From contig CBDCOH010000002.1 in NCBI GenBank assembly GCA_965219685.1, forward strand, positions 1,376,001-1,440,000: a stretch of DNA of 64,000 nucleotides. Reading direction: 5' to 3'. Under the pieces are notes generated by a model. That model was not told the DNA's origin. It saw only the letters and a list, made by a program, of their open reading frames with translations, and searched no databases. This stretch comes from Candidatus Spongiisociaceae bacterium (GTDB lineage Bacteria; Actinomycetota; Acidimicrobiia; Spongiisociales; Spongiisociaceae). This document shows, in pieces, positions 1 to 10,056 of this stretch (positions are counted from its first letter, which is position 1; every line of letters starts with the position of its first letter). The position numbers and the translations under genes were made by a program.

Positions 1-51
1 GACCTGCTCCGGCACCTCGGTGAGGTGTAGATGGCAATCTACCGTGACCAT
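1..51 (-). CDS. Amidohydro_2-type amidohydrolase, N-terminus only (runs off window)
   Basis: Reverse strand reads GGAGAG-tca-ATG then MVTVDCHLHLTEVPEQV, matching the starts of paralogues at 5922, 6831 and 33700; absent from the ORF track. Confidence 0.85.
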   Translation of the reverse strand, partial: MVTVDCHLHLTEVPEQV

Positions 52-311
52 TGACTCTCCTGCGTGCGATTAGCGGGCGGTGTGGGATCGGATTCGGGCG
101 CGATCCAGCGCAGAATAGACGAGACCCGATGTGGTGGACGATGGGAGCGGTTCGTGTACCGCTATGGTGAAGGCCGCATGGGCCGATACACCCGACGCGG
201 CGGGCAGTCGAGGCGTGAGGAGGCTTGTCGTGGTGCAGACGAACGACGGTCAACCTACGACCATCCTGCTGTCCGGATCGATGTGACAGGCAGTCGAGTC
301 CTGATCCGCTG

Positions 312-1079
312 ATGTCATCAGGAGCGGAGTCGGACGTTTCCCGAGGCTCCATGGTGCTGCTCGGGGCCGTCGGCGTCCTGCTGATGATGGGCGCCTGGGA
401 ATTGATCGGCAGGCTCGAACTCCTGGGACGGAACTGGCAGCCCCTCTCGGCCGTGGTCGCCGCGTTCTTGGAGAACACTCCGGTCTTCGCCAGGGCTACC
501 CGTGCCACCACCGTCGACGCGGGTAAGGGATTCGCCGCCGGGATCCTGCTGGGGCTGGGACTCGCGGTGCTGGGGCTGCTCGCACCGGCGCTGAATCGCG
601 GCATCGGCCGGATGGCGACCCTGGTCAACTCGATCCCGTGGATAGCGCTCGGACCCGTCCTGGTGATGATCGTATCGCAGGAAACGGTGCCGTTCACGTT
701 CGCCCTGCTGGCCGTCTTCTTCGCCAGCTTCATCGCCATCACCTCGGGTTTCTACCTCGCCCGCCAGGCTCACCACGACCTCCTGACCAGCCTGGGATCG
801 TCTCGCTGGACCAGATTCCGGCGGCTGCAGCTACCGGTCGCAGTGCCGTCGCTGATCTATGCCGCCAAGCTCGGGGCGCCGGCGGCCATGTTCGGCGTGG
901 TCTTCGGCGAGTGGTTCGGCTCGTCACGTCCGGGACTCGGCGCCCTGATAGTCACCTCGATGCGGAGCCTCCGCGCGGACCGGCTCTGGGCGGCCGCAGC
1001 CCTCACATCGCTGATCGCCATCGCTGTATTCGCGGCCTTCGCCGCCCTCGAGAGGGCCGCACTCAACAGGTTCCGTTGA
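312..1079 (+). CDS. ABC transporter permease (SsuC/TauC/NitT family)
   Basis: Hydrophobic; NSIPWIALGP, LGSSRWTRFRRLQLP EAA-like loop, VVFGEWFG; ATG 312 chosen within ORF 225..1079. Confidence 0.88.
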   Translation: MSSGAESDVSRGSMVLLGAVGVLLMMGAWELIGRLELLGRNWQPLSAVVAAFLENTPVFARATRATTVDAGKGFAAGILLGLGLAVLGLLAPALNRGIGRMATLVNSIPWIALGPVLVMIVSQETVPFTFALLAVFFASFIAITSGFYLARQAHHDLLTSLGSSRWTRFRRLQLPVAVPSLIYAAKLGAPAAMFGVVFGEWFGSSRPGLGALIVTSMRSLRADRLWAAAALTSLIAIAVFAAFAALERAALNRFR

Positions 1080-1915
1080 TGTCGACCGATGGGCCCCCCG
1101 CCGTCAAGGATCCATCGACCCGGACGGGCCACGAACGTGACTCCGATGATTCCCGGCTGCCGGCCGTCCGGTCCATGGCGCGCCGCTTCCTCGTCGCTAT
1201 CTGGCCCTATGCGCTGGTGATCGCCGCCTGGCAGGCCTGGGTGACCCTCGGGGGGGTACACCGGCTCGTGATCCCGCCCCCGGGTTCGGTGGCCTTCGAC
1301 ATCTGGTCGGCCCCGGGCGAGTACTGGTCCTACGGTTGGCGGACCGTCCTGGAAGCCGCCGCCGGCCTTGCCATCGGGACCGCCATCGGCGTGGCCGCCG
1401 CCGTCGCAGTGTGGTTCTCCCGGGTTCTCCGCGGCCTGCTGACGACCTCCATGATCCTGCTCTACTCCGCTCCCATCGTGGCCACGATTCCGATCATGGC
1501 AAAAGTACTGGGCTACACCCCTACCACGGTTCTCGCCATTGCGGCCATCGTCTCGATGTTCCCCACGTTCGTCCTCGTCAACTCCGGTCTCCTGGACTTG
1601 CCGGCGGGTTCGCTGGATGTCTTCCGGAGCCTCGGGGCACCGCGCAAGATGCAACTGCTGAGGCTGGCCCTGCCTGCCGCCATGCCGAACTTCCTGGTCG
1701 CATTCCGCCTCAACGCGGCGGTCGCGTTCATTGCGGCGGTCATCGGTGAGTACCTGACCGGTGTCCGGGGCCTGGGCTGGCTGTTCGCGCTCTCGTTCAG
1801 CCGGTTCGACGTCGACCGCGCCTGGGGTGCGGCGATGGTCATCATCGCTCTGTCCATCCTCTCCTACGCAGCCGCCAGCCGGGTCGAGGAACGGGGTATC
1901 GAACGCTGGACCTGA
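1079..1915 (+). CDS. ABC transporter permease (SsuC/TauC/NitT family), second subunit
   Basis: TGATG stop/start overlap at 1077-1081; LLRLALPAAMP, AVIGEYLTG motifs. Confidence 0.88.
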   Translation: MSTDGPPAVKDPSTRTGHERDSDDSRLPAVRSMARRFLVAIWPYALVIAAWQAWVTLGGVHRLVIPPPGSVAFDIWSAPGEYWSYGWRTVLEAAAGLAIGTAIGVAAAVAVWFSRVLRGLLTTSMILLYSAPIVATIPIMAKVLGYTPTTVLAIAAIVSMFPTFVLVNSGLLDLPAGSLDVFRSLGAPRKMQLLRLALPAAMPNFLVAFRLNAAVAFIAAVIGEYLTGVRGLGWLFALSFSRFDVDRAWGAAMVIIALSILSYAAASRVEERGIERWT

Positions 1916-2116
1916 TCGGGCACGATCCCGGCAGGTGCTTGGCGAAGACCGACCCGTTCGAGGACGGTTGGAGCGGCATTAGGTGCCGCGTGCCAGCCGC
2001 AGGCCAAGGCCGCTGGTTGGTCGGAGGGCCTTCACCTGTATGATTGTCCGGTCCGCCGGATTGGTTGGCCCCGATCCGCGCTCGGATGGGAGATGGGACT
2101 ACCAGGAGGAGTAGGC

Positions 2117-3292
2117 ATGATTACCCACGGGACACGGGTCAGATGGATGGCGGTGCTTGCGCTCCTCGCGCTCGTAGCGGTCGCCTGCGGAGATGACGAC
2201 ACCGCTGAGACGCAGGCCACCACACAGGCTACGGCCGCCCCGACCACCACCGCGGCCCCGACCACCACGGCGGCGCCGACCACGACCGAAGCCGAGATGA
2301 CCGAGACCACGGCCGCGCCGACCACGACCGAGGCGCCTGCCGAGCCGACCGATATCAGATTGAGGCTCAGTTGGATCGCCGACCCCGGATTCATGGGACT
2401 CTACGAGGCCGTCGAGCAGGGCTTCTTCGATGACGAGAACATCAACGTCACCATCGAGCACGGCGGTCCCAACGTGCCCAACTCGACGCAGGTAGTCGCG
2501 GGTGGGGCAGCCGACATCGGCGTCACCGATCCGTTCTCCCTCGCCCTTGCCATGTCCGAGGGTGCCGACTTCGTCGTGTTCGGGGTCCGTATGCAGTCCG
2601 ACCCAACCGGCATCGGCTCGCTCTGCGACAACCCGATCAACTCCCCTGCCGACATCGCCGGCAAGAAGATCGCAGGCGGCACGACCGACGGATTCCTGAT
2701 CGACGCGTTGCTGACCGCCAACGGGCTGGAGCCCGGCACCTACGAGTTGATCCCCGCCGGTTGGGACATGTCGCCGGTGGTCGACGGAACGGTCGACGGC
2801 ATGCTGATCTGGGTCAACAGCCATCCCCTCCCGCTGAACGCCATGGGCATCTGCAACGTCAGCTGGACCTTCAGCGAGATGGGGCTGCCCGCCTACCAGG
2901 ACCTGTTCTTCACCACGACGGAGTTCATGGCTAACAATCGCGAGGCGATCGTCGGCTTCCTCCGGGCCAACATCAGGGGCTGGGAATACGCCTTCAACGA
3001 CCCTGAGCACGCGATCGACCTGGTGATGAACACGTGGGGTGGCGTCGATCTCGGCCTGGTGCTGGAGGACCAGTTCCCGATCCATGAGGCGCAGATCCCC
3101 CTGATGACCAGCCCCCTCACCGATGAGAAGGGCCTCTTCTGGTTCGATCTCGACCAGATCCAGAACCTCCAGAACGGCTACGTGATGACGGCTACCGGGC
3201 TCCCATCGATTCCGGACGCCGCCGACGTCTACGACATCTCGATTCTCGAGTCTGCCTACGAGGGCTGCGGATCCTCACTGCTGGACTGCTAG
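2117..3292 (+). CDS. ABC substrate-binding lipoprotein, SsuA/THI5(NMT1)-like
   Basis: AGGAGG RBS; lipobox VAC-G; TTAAP linker; LSWIADP..GFFDDENINV..GGP motifs. Confidence 0.88.
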   Translation: MITHGTRVRWMAVLALLALVAVACGDDDTAETQATTQATAAPTTTAAPTTTAAPTTTEAEMTETTAAPTTTEAPAEPTDIRLRLSWIADPGFMGLYEAVEQGFFDDENINVTIEHGGPNVPNSTQVVAGGAADIGVTDPFSLALAMSEGADFVVFGVRMQSDPTGIGSLCDNPINSPADIAGKKIAGGTTDGFLIDALLTANGLEPGTYELIPAGWDMSPVVDGTVDGMLIWVNSHPLPLNAMGICNVSWTFSEMGLPAYQDLFFTTTEFMANNREAIVGFLRANIRGWEYAFNDPEHAIDLVMNTWGGVDLGLVLEDQFPIHEAQIPLMTSPLTDEKGLFWFDLDQIQNLQNGYVMTATGLPSIPDAADVYDISILESAYEGCGSSLLDC

Positions 3293-3314
3293 AAGCGAGT
3301 TCTCCACCAGATAG

Positions 3315-3357
3315 AAGAGCGCTGCCTCTCCTAAAGGAGGGGCAGCGCCTCTTTTTT
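3315..3357 (+). terminator. Rho-independent terminator hairpin between convergent genes
   Basis: AAGAGCGCTGCCTCTCCT-AA-AGGAGGGGCAGCGCCTCTT followed by TTTT. Confidence 0.8.
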
Positions 3358-3386
3358 CCTACCCTCCGGCCGCCGCCGGACCGGAT

Positions 3387-4289
3387 CTACAGGCCGAGCT
3401 TGTACAGCTGGTTGGCGGTGCCGCCCATGATGGCCTCCATCTCGTCGTCCGAGATTTCGGCGGTGCCCCGCTTGGCGGCGACCTCGTTCACGGCGTAGAA
3501 CAGCTCTGGGACGGTCGCCACGTTCTTGCCGATCCTGATCTTGTCGTTCCCGTCCGATCCGTACAGGGCGCGGTCGATGCAGCCGAAGTCCTTGATCTTC
3601 AGCAGCGCGTCGTAGAGCTGCTCCGCGCTCCCCCCTCCGAACCACGCCAGGTCCATGTAGAAGTTGGGATGGCGGGCGGCAACGGCGATCCCCTCATCGA
3701 TCCATGGAAACGCCAGGTAGAAAACGACCTTCAGGTTGCGGAGCTCCCTGCCCACGTCGTCCAGCAGGATCGGGTTCGAGTACTTCATGGGAGCGTTGAT
3801 GATCGGCGTCCACCCGGTGAAGAGGTCCACGGGAACGTCGAGTTCGATGCACTTCTCGTAGAAGGGATACACCCGGCGGTCGTTGATGGCGTGGTCGTGG
3901 TAGGCGGTCTTCAGGGCCAGGGCCACGAACCCGTGCTCCTTGATGAAGTACTCGGTCTCGGCGAGGGCGTCCTGCGGATCGCGCAGCGGATCCACCGCCA
4001 CCTGGCCCCGGAGCCGGTCCGGGTGCTTCGCCACCTCCTGGGCGATCCACTCGTTGGGGATGTACACCCCGTGGTCGCCGGGATGGTCCGGATGCGAGGT
4101 GGTGCGCCGGATGTCGCCGCCTTGGACGATCGCGATGTCGATCCCGGCGTCGTCGATCATGTCCACGATGTCCTGGCCGTACCGGGAGACGCCCGTGCCC
4201 CCGTACGGCAGGTACATCTCCTCCATCCACCACTTGGGAACCTGGCTCGGCGTCAGACCGATGTAGTGATGGCAGTCGACGGTGACCAT
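3387..4289 (-). CDS. Amidohydro_2-type amidohydrolase (degenerate metal site)
   Basis: MVTVDCHHY start after GAGGAG RBS; YPFYEKCIELDVPV, HPNFYMDLA, LYGSD. Confidence 0.85.
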   Translation of the reverse strand: MVTVDCHHYIGLTPSQVPKWWMEEMYLPYGGTGVSRYGQDIVDMIDDAGIDIAIVQGGDIRRTTSHPDHPGDHGVYIPNEWIAQEVAKHPDRLRGQVAVDPLRDPQDALAETEYFIKEHGFVALALKTAYHDHAINDRRVYPFYEKCIELDVPVDLFTGWTPIINAPMKYSNPILLDDVGRELRNLKVVFYLAFPWIDEGIAVAARHPNFYMDLAWFGGGSAEQLYDALLKIKDFGCIDRALYGSDGNDKIRIGKNVATVPELFYAVNEVAAKRGTAEISDDEMEAIMGGTANQLYKLGL

Positions 4290-4457
4290 GTGGGTGCTCC
4301 TCGTTCGGATTGCTGAGCTCGCTTGGCGGGGTGGCTCGCTCCGGGACGGTAGTAGCAGCGGATGGCTGGTCAAAAGGTCACGCGTGCTGACGATCGATCC
4401 GCGATCCCTCCGTACTCGATCCGGGATCCCACCAGCAAGGTGGCATAGAATCCCCCT

Positions 4458-4874
4458 ATGCGTACCGGTCTGGATGTCGAGGAATTGGGTGACCTGCTCG
4501 ATCGTCCACTTCTGGCGACGCTCGCGACCTATCGCCGGGATGGCCTCGTCCTGCTGTCGCCCGTGTGGTTCGAATGGCGGGAAGGCGGGTTCAACATCGC
4601 CATCGGCCGCAACGATGTGAAGGCAAGGCATCTCAGGCGTGACCAGCGGGCGTCGGTCGTGGTGGCGGAGGCCGAACCGCCGCTAGGCGGTCTCGAGATA
4701 CGCGGTCGCGCCCGGCTGCTGCCCCAGGATCCCGATGTCGATCGCCGAATCGTCGAGCGTTACATCGGCGCGGCCAAGGCAGACGAGTACCTGGCCACCC
4801 TACCTCCGGGGACGCTCGTCCGGCTCGAGCCCGGCGAGCTCCGGGCCTGGGACTTCGCCGACGAACACCACTGA
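4458..4874 (+). CDS. PPOX-class (pyridoxamine 5'-phosphate oxidase-like) probable F420-dependent oxidoreductase
   Basis: LATLATYRRDG..LSPVWF..KARHLRRDQRASVVV; TAGAAT -10 six nt before ATG (leaderless). Confidence 0.85.
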   Translation: MRTGLDVEELGDLLDRPLLATLATYRRDGLVLLSPVWFEWREGGFNIAIGRNDVKARHLRRDQRASVVVAEAEPPLGGLEIRGRARLLPQDPDVDRRIVERYIGAAKADEYLATLPPGTLVRLEPGELRAWDFADEHH

Positions 4875-4921
4875 ACCGGGGCCGGGATCGGTATCCTGAA
4901 TCGGGCAAGAACGCGAAAAAG

Positions 4922-4981
4922 CGTGACCACCGCAGTGCGGCCAGCAAGGGATACGAGTTCCTCTATCGTCCGGTCGCTCAT
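4922..4981 (-). pseudogene. N-terminal remnant of a short-chain dehydrogenase
   Basis: MSDRTIEELVSLAGRTAVVT is a typical SDR start but is cut off just before the GxxxGxG motif. Confidence 0.6.
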
Positions 4982-5049
4982 ATCCACAATGGCCACATCC
5001 ACTCCCCTGGTCCTATACGGATCCGGCGCGTGACCGGCAGAACGCTGCT

Positions 5050-5922
5050 CTACGCGCTGATCCGGAATAGCTCCGCAGCCGTGTCGCCCATGATCCCGGC
5101 CATTTCCTCATCGGTGATCTCGGTTTCCTGGCTGCGGGCGATCTCACGGGCGTCCCGGTAGAGGTCCCTGGCGTCCGAGTTGTCGGAGCCGAACACCACC
5201 CGGTTGATGGCGCCGAGCTCCTTGAGCTTCGAGAGGGCGCCCGCCAGGACCTCGGGACCCCAGGCGGTCCATCCCGCCATCTCGGCGTAGAAGTTGGGGT
5301 GCTTCGCGACGACCGCTACCCCTTCGTCCACCCACGGGTAACCGAGATGCGCGACGATGACCTTCAGATCCCGGTAGCGACGTCCGACGTCGTCCAGCTG
5401 GATCGGGTCCTGGAACTCCATCGCCGAGTTGATGGTGGCTGTCCATCCGGTGTGGATCATCACCGGTAGATTCAGCTCGAGGCACTTCTCGTAGAGCGGG
5501 TCCAGCCGCCGGTCCTTCGGGTTGTAGTGGTGGTAGGTGGGCACGAGCTTCAGCAGCCGGAAGTCCAGTTCCTTGACGCACCTCTCCAACTCGAGCACCG
5601 CCGCCGGGATGTCCCGGAGGGGATCCATCGCCGCCACCCCGTAGAGACGCCCGCCGGATTGGGCGACCTGGCGGGCGACGTAGTCGTTGGAAACGTAGAC
5701 GCGGCGGTCGTGAGGATGATCGGGGTGGTAGGTGGTGCGGCGGATATCCCCACCCTGGATCATGCCGATGTCGAATCCCGTGGCATCCAGGTGCTCGATG
5801 ACCGCAGGACCATCCACGGAACCGACTTCCCATCCCCAAGGCGCGTACATCTCCCGCACCCACCACTCGGGGGCGTGCTCGGGCACCTCGGTTACATGCA
5901 GGTGACAATCGATCGTTACCAC
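5050..5922 (-). CDS. Amidohydro_2-type amidohydrolase (complete metal-ligand set)
   Basis: DCHLH, IHTG, AHLG, FGSD motifs. Confidence 0.9.
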   Translation of the reverse strand: MVTIDCHLHVTEVPEHAPEWWVREMYAPWGWEVGSVDGPAVIEHLDATGFDIGMIQGGDIRRTTYHPDHPHDRRVYVSNDYVARQVAQSGGRLYGVAAMDPLRDIPAAVLELERCVKELDFRLLKLVPTYHHYNPKDRRLDPLYEKCLELNLPVMIHTGWTATINSAMEFQDPIQLDDVGRRYRDLKVIVAHLGYPWVDEGVAVVAKHPNFYAEMAGWTAWGPEVLAGALSKLKELGAINRVVFGSDNSDARDLYRDAREIARSQETEITDEEMAGIMGDTAAELFRISA

Positions 5923-5925
5923 TGG

Positions 5926-6831
5926 TCAGCCCCCCAATCCGTACAGCCGCGCTGCGCTACCACCCATGATCGCCGCCATCTCCTCGTCCGTGAACGGCTC
6001 GGCCTCTCGCTCGCGGGCAACCCGGTTCACGCTGCGGTACACGTCCGGCACGGTGGCCTCCGTCCGGCCGACGCGCACCTTGTCGCTGTTGTTCGATCCG
6101 TACAGCACCCGGTCGAGCGCCGACAGCGAGCGGAACCGGTCCAGCACCTCGAACAGCGGCTCGGGCCCGAGTTCGGCGTAGTGGTACATGTCGCCGTGGA
6201 AGTTGGGGTGTTTCGCCACCAGCAGAATGCATTGGTCGATCCAAGGATCGGCCATCGAGATGATCACTTTGAGGTCGCGGAAGCGACGGCCGACCTCGTC
6301 GAGATGCACCGGATCGGCGTTTTCGAGTCTGGCCATGATGATCGGGGTCCATCCGGTGAAGAAGTGGGCCGGGATGCCCAGTTCGATGCACTTCTCGTAG
6401 ATGGGATCCAGCCGCCGGTCGTTCGGTGAGAAGTGCAGGTACGAACCGAGCAGCTTGAGGGCGCGAAAATCCAACTCGTTGACGCACCGATCGAGTTCTT
6501 CCAGGGCCGCGCCCATATCCCGGATCGGGTCGATGCACGCGACACCCTTCAACCTGTCCGGGAAGAGTGCCACCTGCTCGGCCGTGTAGTCGTTGGGAAC
6601 GAACACGTCGTGCTCGGTGGGATGGTCCGGACTGTAGGTCGTCCGCCGCATATCCCCGCCCTGGACCAACCCGACGTCGACACCAGAACGGTCCAGGAGG
6701 TCGACGATCCACTGCCCGTCATAGTTGGCCAGAGCCCCTCCCCCGTACGGTCGGTACATCTCCGTCAACCACCATTCGGGTATCTGGCTCGGGACCACGC
6801 CGAGGTGCAGATGACAGTCGACGCTGACCAC
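5926..6831 (-). CDS. Amidohydro_2-type amidohydrolase (degenerate)
   Basis: DCHLH; paralogue of 5050..5922; GSNN in place of GSD. Confidence 0.88.
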   Translation of the reverse strand: MVSVDCHLHLGVVPSQIPEWWLTEMYRPYGGGALANYDGQWIVDLLDRSGVDVGLVQGGDMRRTTYSPDHPTEHDVFVPNDYTAEQVALFPDRLKGVACIDPIRDMGAALEELDRCVNELDFRALKLLGSYLHFSPNDRRLDPIYEKCIELGIPAHFFTGWTPIIMARLENADPVHLDEVGRRFRDLKVIISMADPWIDQCILLVAKHPNFHGDMYHYAELGPEPLFEVLDRFRSLSALDRVLYGSNNSDKVRVGRTEATVPDVYRSVNRVAREREAEPFTDEEMAAIMGGSAARLYGLGG

Positions 6832-6997
6832 CGAGGCCTCCCATCGTGGCTAGCTGGATACGCCGGTTCGGCGGCCAGTGTACAGGCAGGACCCAGCGCG
6901 ACTATCCGGTGCCACCGCGATGTAGGCTGGCGCCGGCTGGATCTCACGGGACGCTCTCGGGCATCCCCGCCACCGGCGCCACACGGGAGGGCTTGGA

Positions 6998-7774
6998 ATG
7001 ATGCGGTTGTCGGGTTCGAGGGTTGTCATAACCGGCGCGGCGACCGGGATCGGCCTCACGGTGGCCGAGAGGTTCCTCGAGGCCGGCGCCGGCGTGCATA
7101 TATGCGACATCGATGCCGATGCGCTGGCAGCGGCCCGGGAAGAAGTGCCCGGCATCTCCGCCACCCATGCCGACGTCGGATCGGAACGGGACATCGGCCG
7201 GTTGTTCGACGAAGCGGTCGAGCAACTCGGAGGGCTGGACATCCTCGTGAACAACGCCGGGCCGAGCGGCCCCACGGTTCCCGTCGACGAACTCACCTAC
7301 CAGGATTGGCGCGCCTGCATCAGCGGCAACCTCGATGGCGCCTTCCTCAGCACGCGGGCCGCGGCGCCGCACCTCAAGAAGACCGGCGCGGGGGCCATCG
7401 TTAACATGTCGTCCGTCTCGGGATTGTTCGGCTCCCCCCTGCGGAGCCCGTACGCGGCGGCCAAGTGGGCGATCCTCGGCCTGACGAAGACCTGGGCCTC
7501 CGAGCTCGGCCCCTATGGCATCCGGGTGAACGCGGTCTGTCCGGGAGGAGTGGCCGGTCCCCGGCTCGACCGGGTCATGCAGGAACTGGCCGACGAACGA
7601 GGTGTTCCCTTCAAAGAGGTTTCCGACGAGTGGAAGATGCAGGCGTCCCTCCGGACCTTCATCGAACCTGACGAGATCGCGAACCTGGTCCTGTACCTAT
7701 GCTCGCCGCTCAGCGCCGGAATCACGGGAGCGGTCATCCCCATCGACGGCCACCTCGAGACCCTGGTCGGATGA
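6998..7774 (+). CDS. SDR family NAD(P)-dependent oxidoreductase
   Basis: TGAATGIG, NNAG, YAAAK catalytic motif. Confidence 0.92.
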   Translation: MMRLSGSRVVITGAATGIGLTVAERFLEAGAGVHICDIDADALAAAREEVPGISATHADVGSERDIGRLFDEAVEQLGGLDILVNNAGPSGPTVPVDELTYQDWRACISGNLDGAFLSTRAAAPHLKKTGAGAIVNMSSVSGLFGSPLRSPYAAAKWAILGLTKTWASELGPYGIRVNAVCPGGVAGPRLDRVMQELADERGVPFKEVSDEWKMQASLRTFIEPDEIANLVLYLCSPLSAGITGAVIPIDGHLETLVG

Positions 7775-7806
7775 TTGGTGATTGGTGATTGGTGATTGGT
7801 GATTGG
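7772..7806 (+). repeat. Heptamer tandem repeat (TGATTGG)x5 beginning at the SDR stop codon
   Basis: Five exact copies read directly. Confidence 0.95.
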
Positions 7807-7891
7807 TTGTCGCTTCCGGCCGGATGCCTGGAACTGGTCGGCTAACGACAGAACATCCCCTGGGCTGGGCGTTCGGCGGGTCCGGTCTTAG

Positions 7892-8887
7892 GTGCTACCG
7901 CGAACTATGGTGGCGGGCCAGATGACGAGGAGGGTGATGCGACCTAGCCCGGACGAAGTACAGCGGATCGCCGTAGTTGGAGCGGGGACGATGGGGCACT
8001 CGATCGCCCAGGTCTTCGCCCAGGCCGGGATCGACGTGGACCTGGTGGACCTCGACGAGACAGCCCTGGCGCGCGCACCCGGGTTGGTGGACGCCAACCT
8101 GCGCGTGCTGGTCGACGGAGGCCGCCTGGACCCCGAAGAGATCCCGGCGATCCTGGGGCGCCTCCATCCGACCACGTCACTCGCCAGGGCGGCGGCCCGC
8201 GCCGAGTTCGCGATGGAGGTGGTCAGCGAGACCATCGCCGCCAAGCAGGCTGTCGTCAACGCGTTCGAGGATGCGGCCGCGCCCGATGTGGTGCTGGCGA
8301 GCAACACATCCGCCCTGGACCTGTTCGCTCAGGTCACGGCCGCCAGACCCGAGCGGTTCGTCTGCGCCCACTGGTTCATGCCCCCGTACATCGTCCCCTT
8401 GGTGGAGGTCGCCGGCGGGCCCGACTCGTCGGAAGAATCGCTCGAGTGGACCGCCGGCCTGCTCCGGCGGATCGGGAAGCAGCCGCTGGTCATGAAGCAG
8501 TTCGCGATCGGCTTCATCGCCAACAAGATCATGATGGCGATGGGAGCTGCGGCGGAGGAACTGATGGACGATGGGGCCGCGACGGTGGAGGACATCGACT
8601 TCGTCATGAAGACCAGCGTCGGCGTGCGGCTGGGGCTGGTGGGCATCTTCCAGAGTCTCGACTTCAACGGGCTCGACCTAATAGCGGAAGGCACGGCGGA
8701 GATGGGACTCGAAGTGCCTCCCTACCTCAAGGAGGTCGTCGACCAGGGCTTCTACGGACCGAAGACGGGCCGCGGCTTCTACGACTACGGCGGCCGCTCC
8801 GAGCGAGAGGTCGTCCGCAAACGGGACCTGGCCTACCTGGCCGTACTGGACGCCCTGGAGCAGGCAGACGCGTTCTCGCCGCTGTAG
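7892..8887 (+). CDS. 3-hydroxyacyl-CoA dehydrogenase family protein (start uncertain)
   Basis: GAGTMG, SNTS, HWFMPP..LVEV, GPKTGRGFYDY. Confidence 0.88.
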   Translation: MLPRTMVAGQMTRRVMRPSPDEVQRIAVVGAGTMGHSIAQVFAQAGIDVDLVDLDETALARAPGLVDANLRVLVDGGRLDPEEIPAILGRLHPTTSLARAAARAEFAMEVVSETIAAKQAVVNAFEDAAAPDVVLASNTSALDLFAQVTAARPERFVCAHWFMPPYIVPLVEVAGGPDSSEESLEWTAGLLRRIGKQPLVMKQFAIGFIANKIMMAMGAAAEELMDDGAATVEDIDFVMKTSVGVRLGLVGIFQSLDFNGLDLIAEGTAEMGLEVPPYLKEVVDQGFYGPKTGRGFYDYGGRSEREVVRKRDLAYLAVLDALEQADAFSPL

Positions 8888-8943
8888 ACCTTTCGGGTAC
8901 CAAGACCCCGGGTAAGAGACATCAACCGACTTGGAGAGAAGGT

Positions 8944-9906
8944 ATGGCAAGACGGGTGCTGAAGTGTGATCGCGAAACGCTACAGAAAGATGTAAGTGGC
9001 AAGGTCTACATTGTTACCGGCGCCAATTCTGGAGTAGGGCTCGAGACCACCCGCCAACTCGTAAGGCAGGGTGGCCATGTCGTGATGGCGTGTCGCCGTG
9101 TTGAAGCCGGCGAAGAGGAGGCCAAGACATTTGCCGGGCTTAGTGGCAGTTGGGAGGTCATGAGGCTCGACCTTACAGAATTACAGTCAGTCCGTGGTTT
9201 TGCTACGGCATTTAGCAGCAATTATGAAAGACTCGATGGTCTCGTCTGTAATGCCGGAGCGGTCTTCATGGGCAATGAGGCTGCGTACACAGTGGACGGC
9301 TTCGAGATGACTATCGGCGTCAACTATCTAGGCCATTTCCTGCTCACCGAGTTGCTCCTGGATTTGCTTGAGAGCAGTTCACCCTCACGTATGGCCATCG
9401 TCTCGTCCGTAGTACATGCCGGTCGCCCGGGTGGTCGACCGAAGATCCATTTGGATGACCTGCATTACCGAGAGCGGGATTACCGAGCCTTCTCTGCATA
9501 CGCGGAAGCCAAGGTTGCGGATGTCCTGTATGCCAAGGAGCTTGCGGAACGCCTGAAGGGCACGGGAGTTTCGGTCTTTTCCGTACATCCCGGTTGGGCG
9601 CGATCAAACTTTGGCAGGGGCGGCAACCTGTTGATGCGAACCATGTTGACCATCATGCGGCCACTTACAAGGGGTATGTCTGACAGCAATGAAGACTCAG
9701 CCCAAACATCTCTACACTGCATGCTCTCGGATGATGCCGCTCAACACTCGGGCGCCTACTTCAGCCAAAGCAGTGCCCTGTACCGGGACAAGCAGTGCAA
9801 GAACGGTGGATGGCCGATGGAATCACCCAACCCGAACGCCACTGACATGGATACGGCAGTTGAGTTGGTTGAAGTATCTAGACAACTCGTCGGTCTGGAT
9901 AGATAA
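8944..9906 (+). CDS. SDR of the retinol dehydrogenase/WWOX-like subgroup; lower GC than neighbours
   Basis: TGANSGVG, CNAG, DGFEMTIGVNYLGHF, YAEAK, SVHPG. Confidence 0.88.
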   Translation: MARRVLKCDRETLQKDVSGKVYIVTGANSGVGLETTRQLVRQGGHVVMACRRVEAGEEEAKTFAGLSGSWEVMRLDLTELQSVRGFATAFSSNYERLDGLVCNAGAVFMGNEAAYTVDGFEMTIGVNYLGHFLLTELLLDLLESSSPSRMAIVSSVVHAGRPGGRPKIHLDDLHYRERDYRAFSAYAEAKVADVLYAKELAERLKGTGVSVFSVHPGWARSNFGRGGNLLMRTMLTIMRPLTRGMSDSNEDSAQTSLHCMLSDDAAQHSGAYFSQSSALYRDKQCKNGGWPMESPNPNATDMDTAVELVEVSRQLVGLDR

Positions 9907-10056
9907 TAGCTCTTCGGATTGGTTATCGGGCCCTCTGATCGGTCTAGCGATGCGGGATGTGTAATAGTCGTTGACGACCATCCCCTCAGTGGTCTCACCG
10001 ACGACTTGCCGAAACACTAGGGTGGACGAAGTGCCCTTTGCGACGGAAGGCGAGCC

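Noticed and set aside
7772-7806. CRISPR array
   Set aside because: 7-bp units with no spacers and no cas genes
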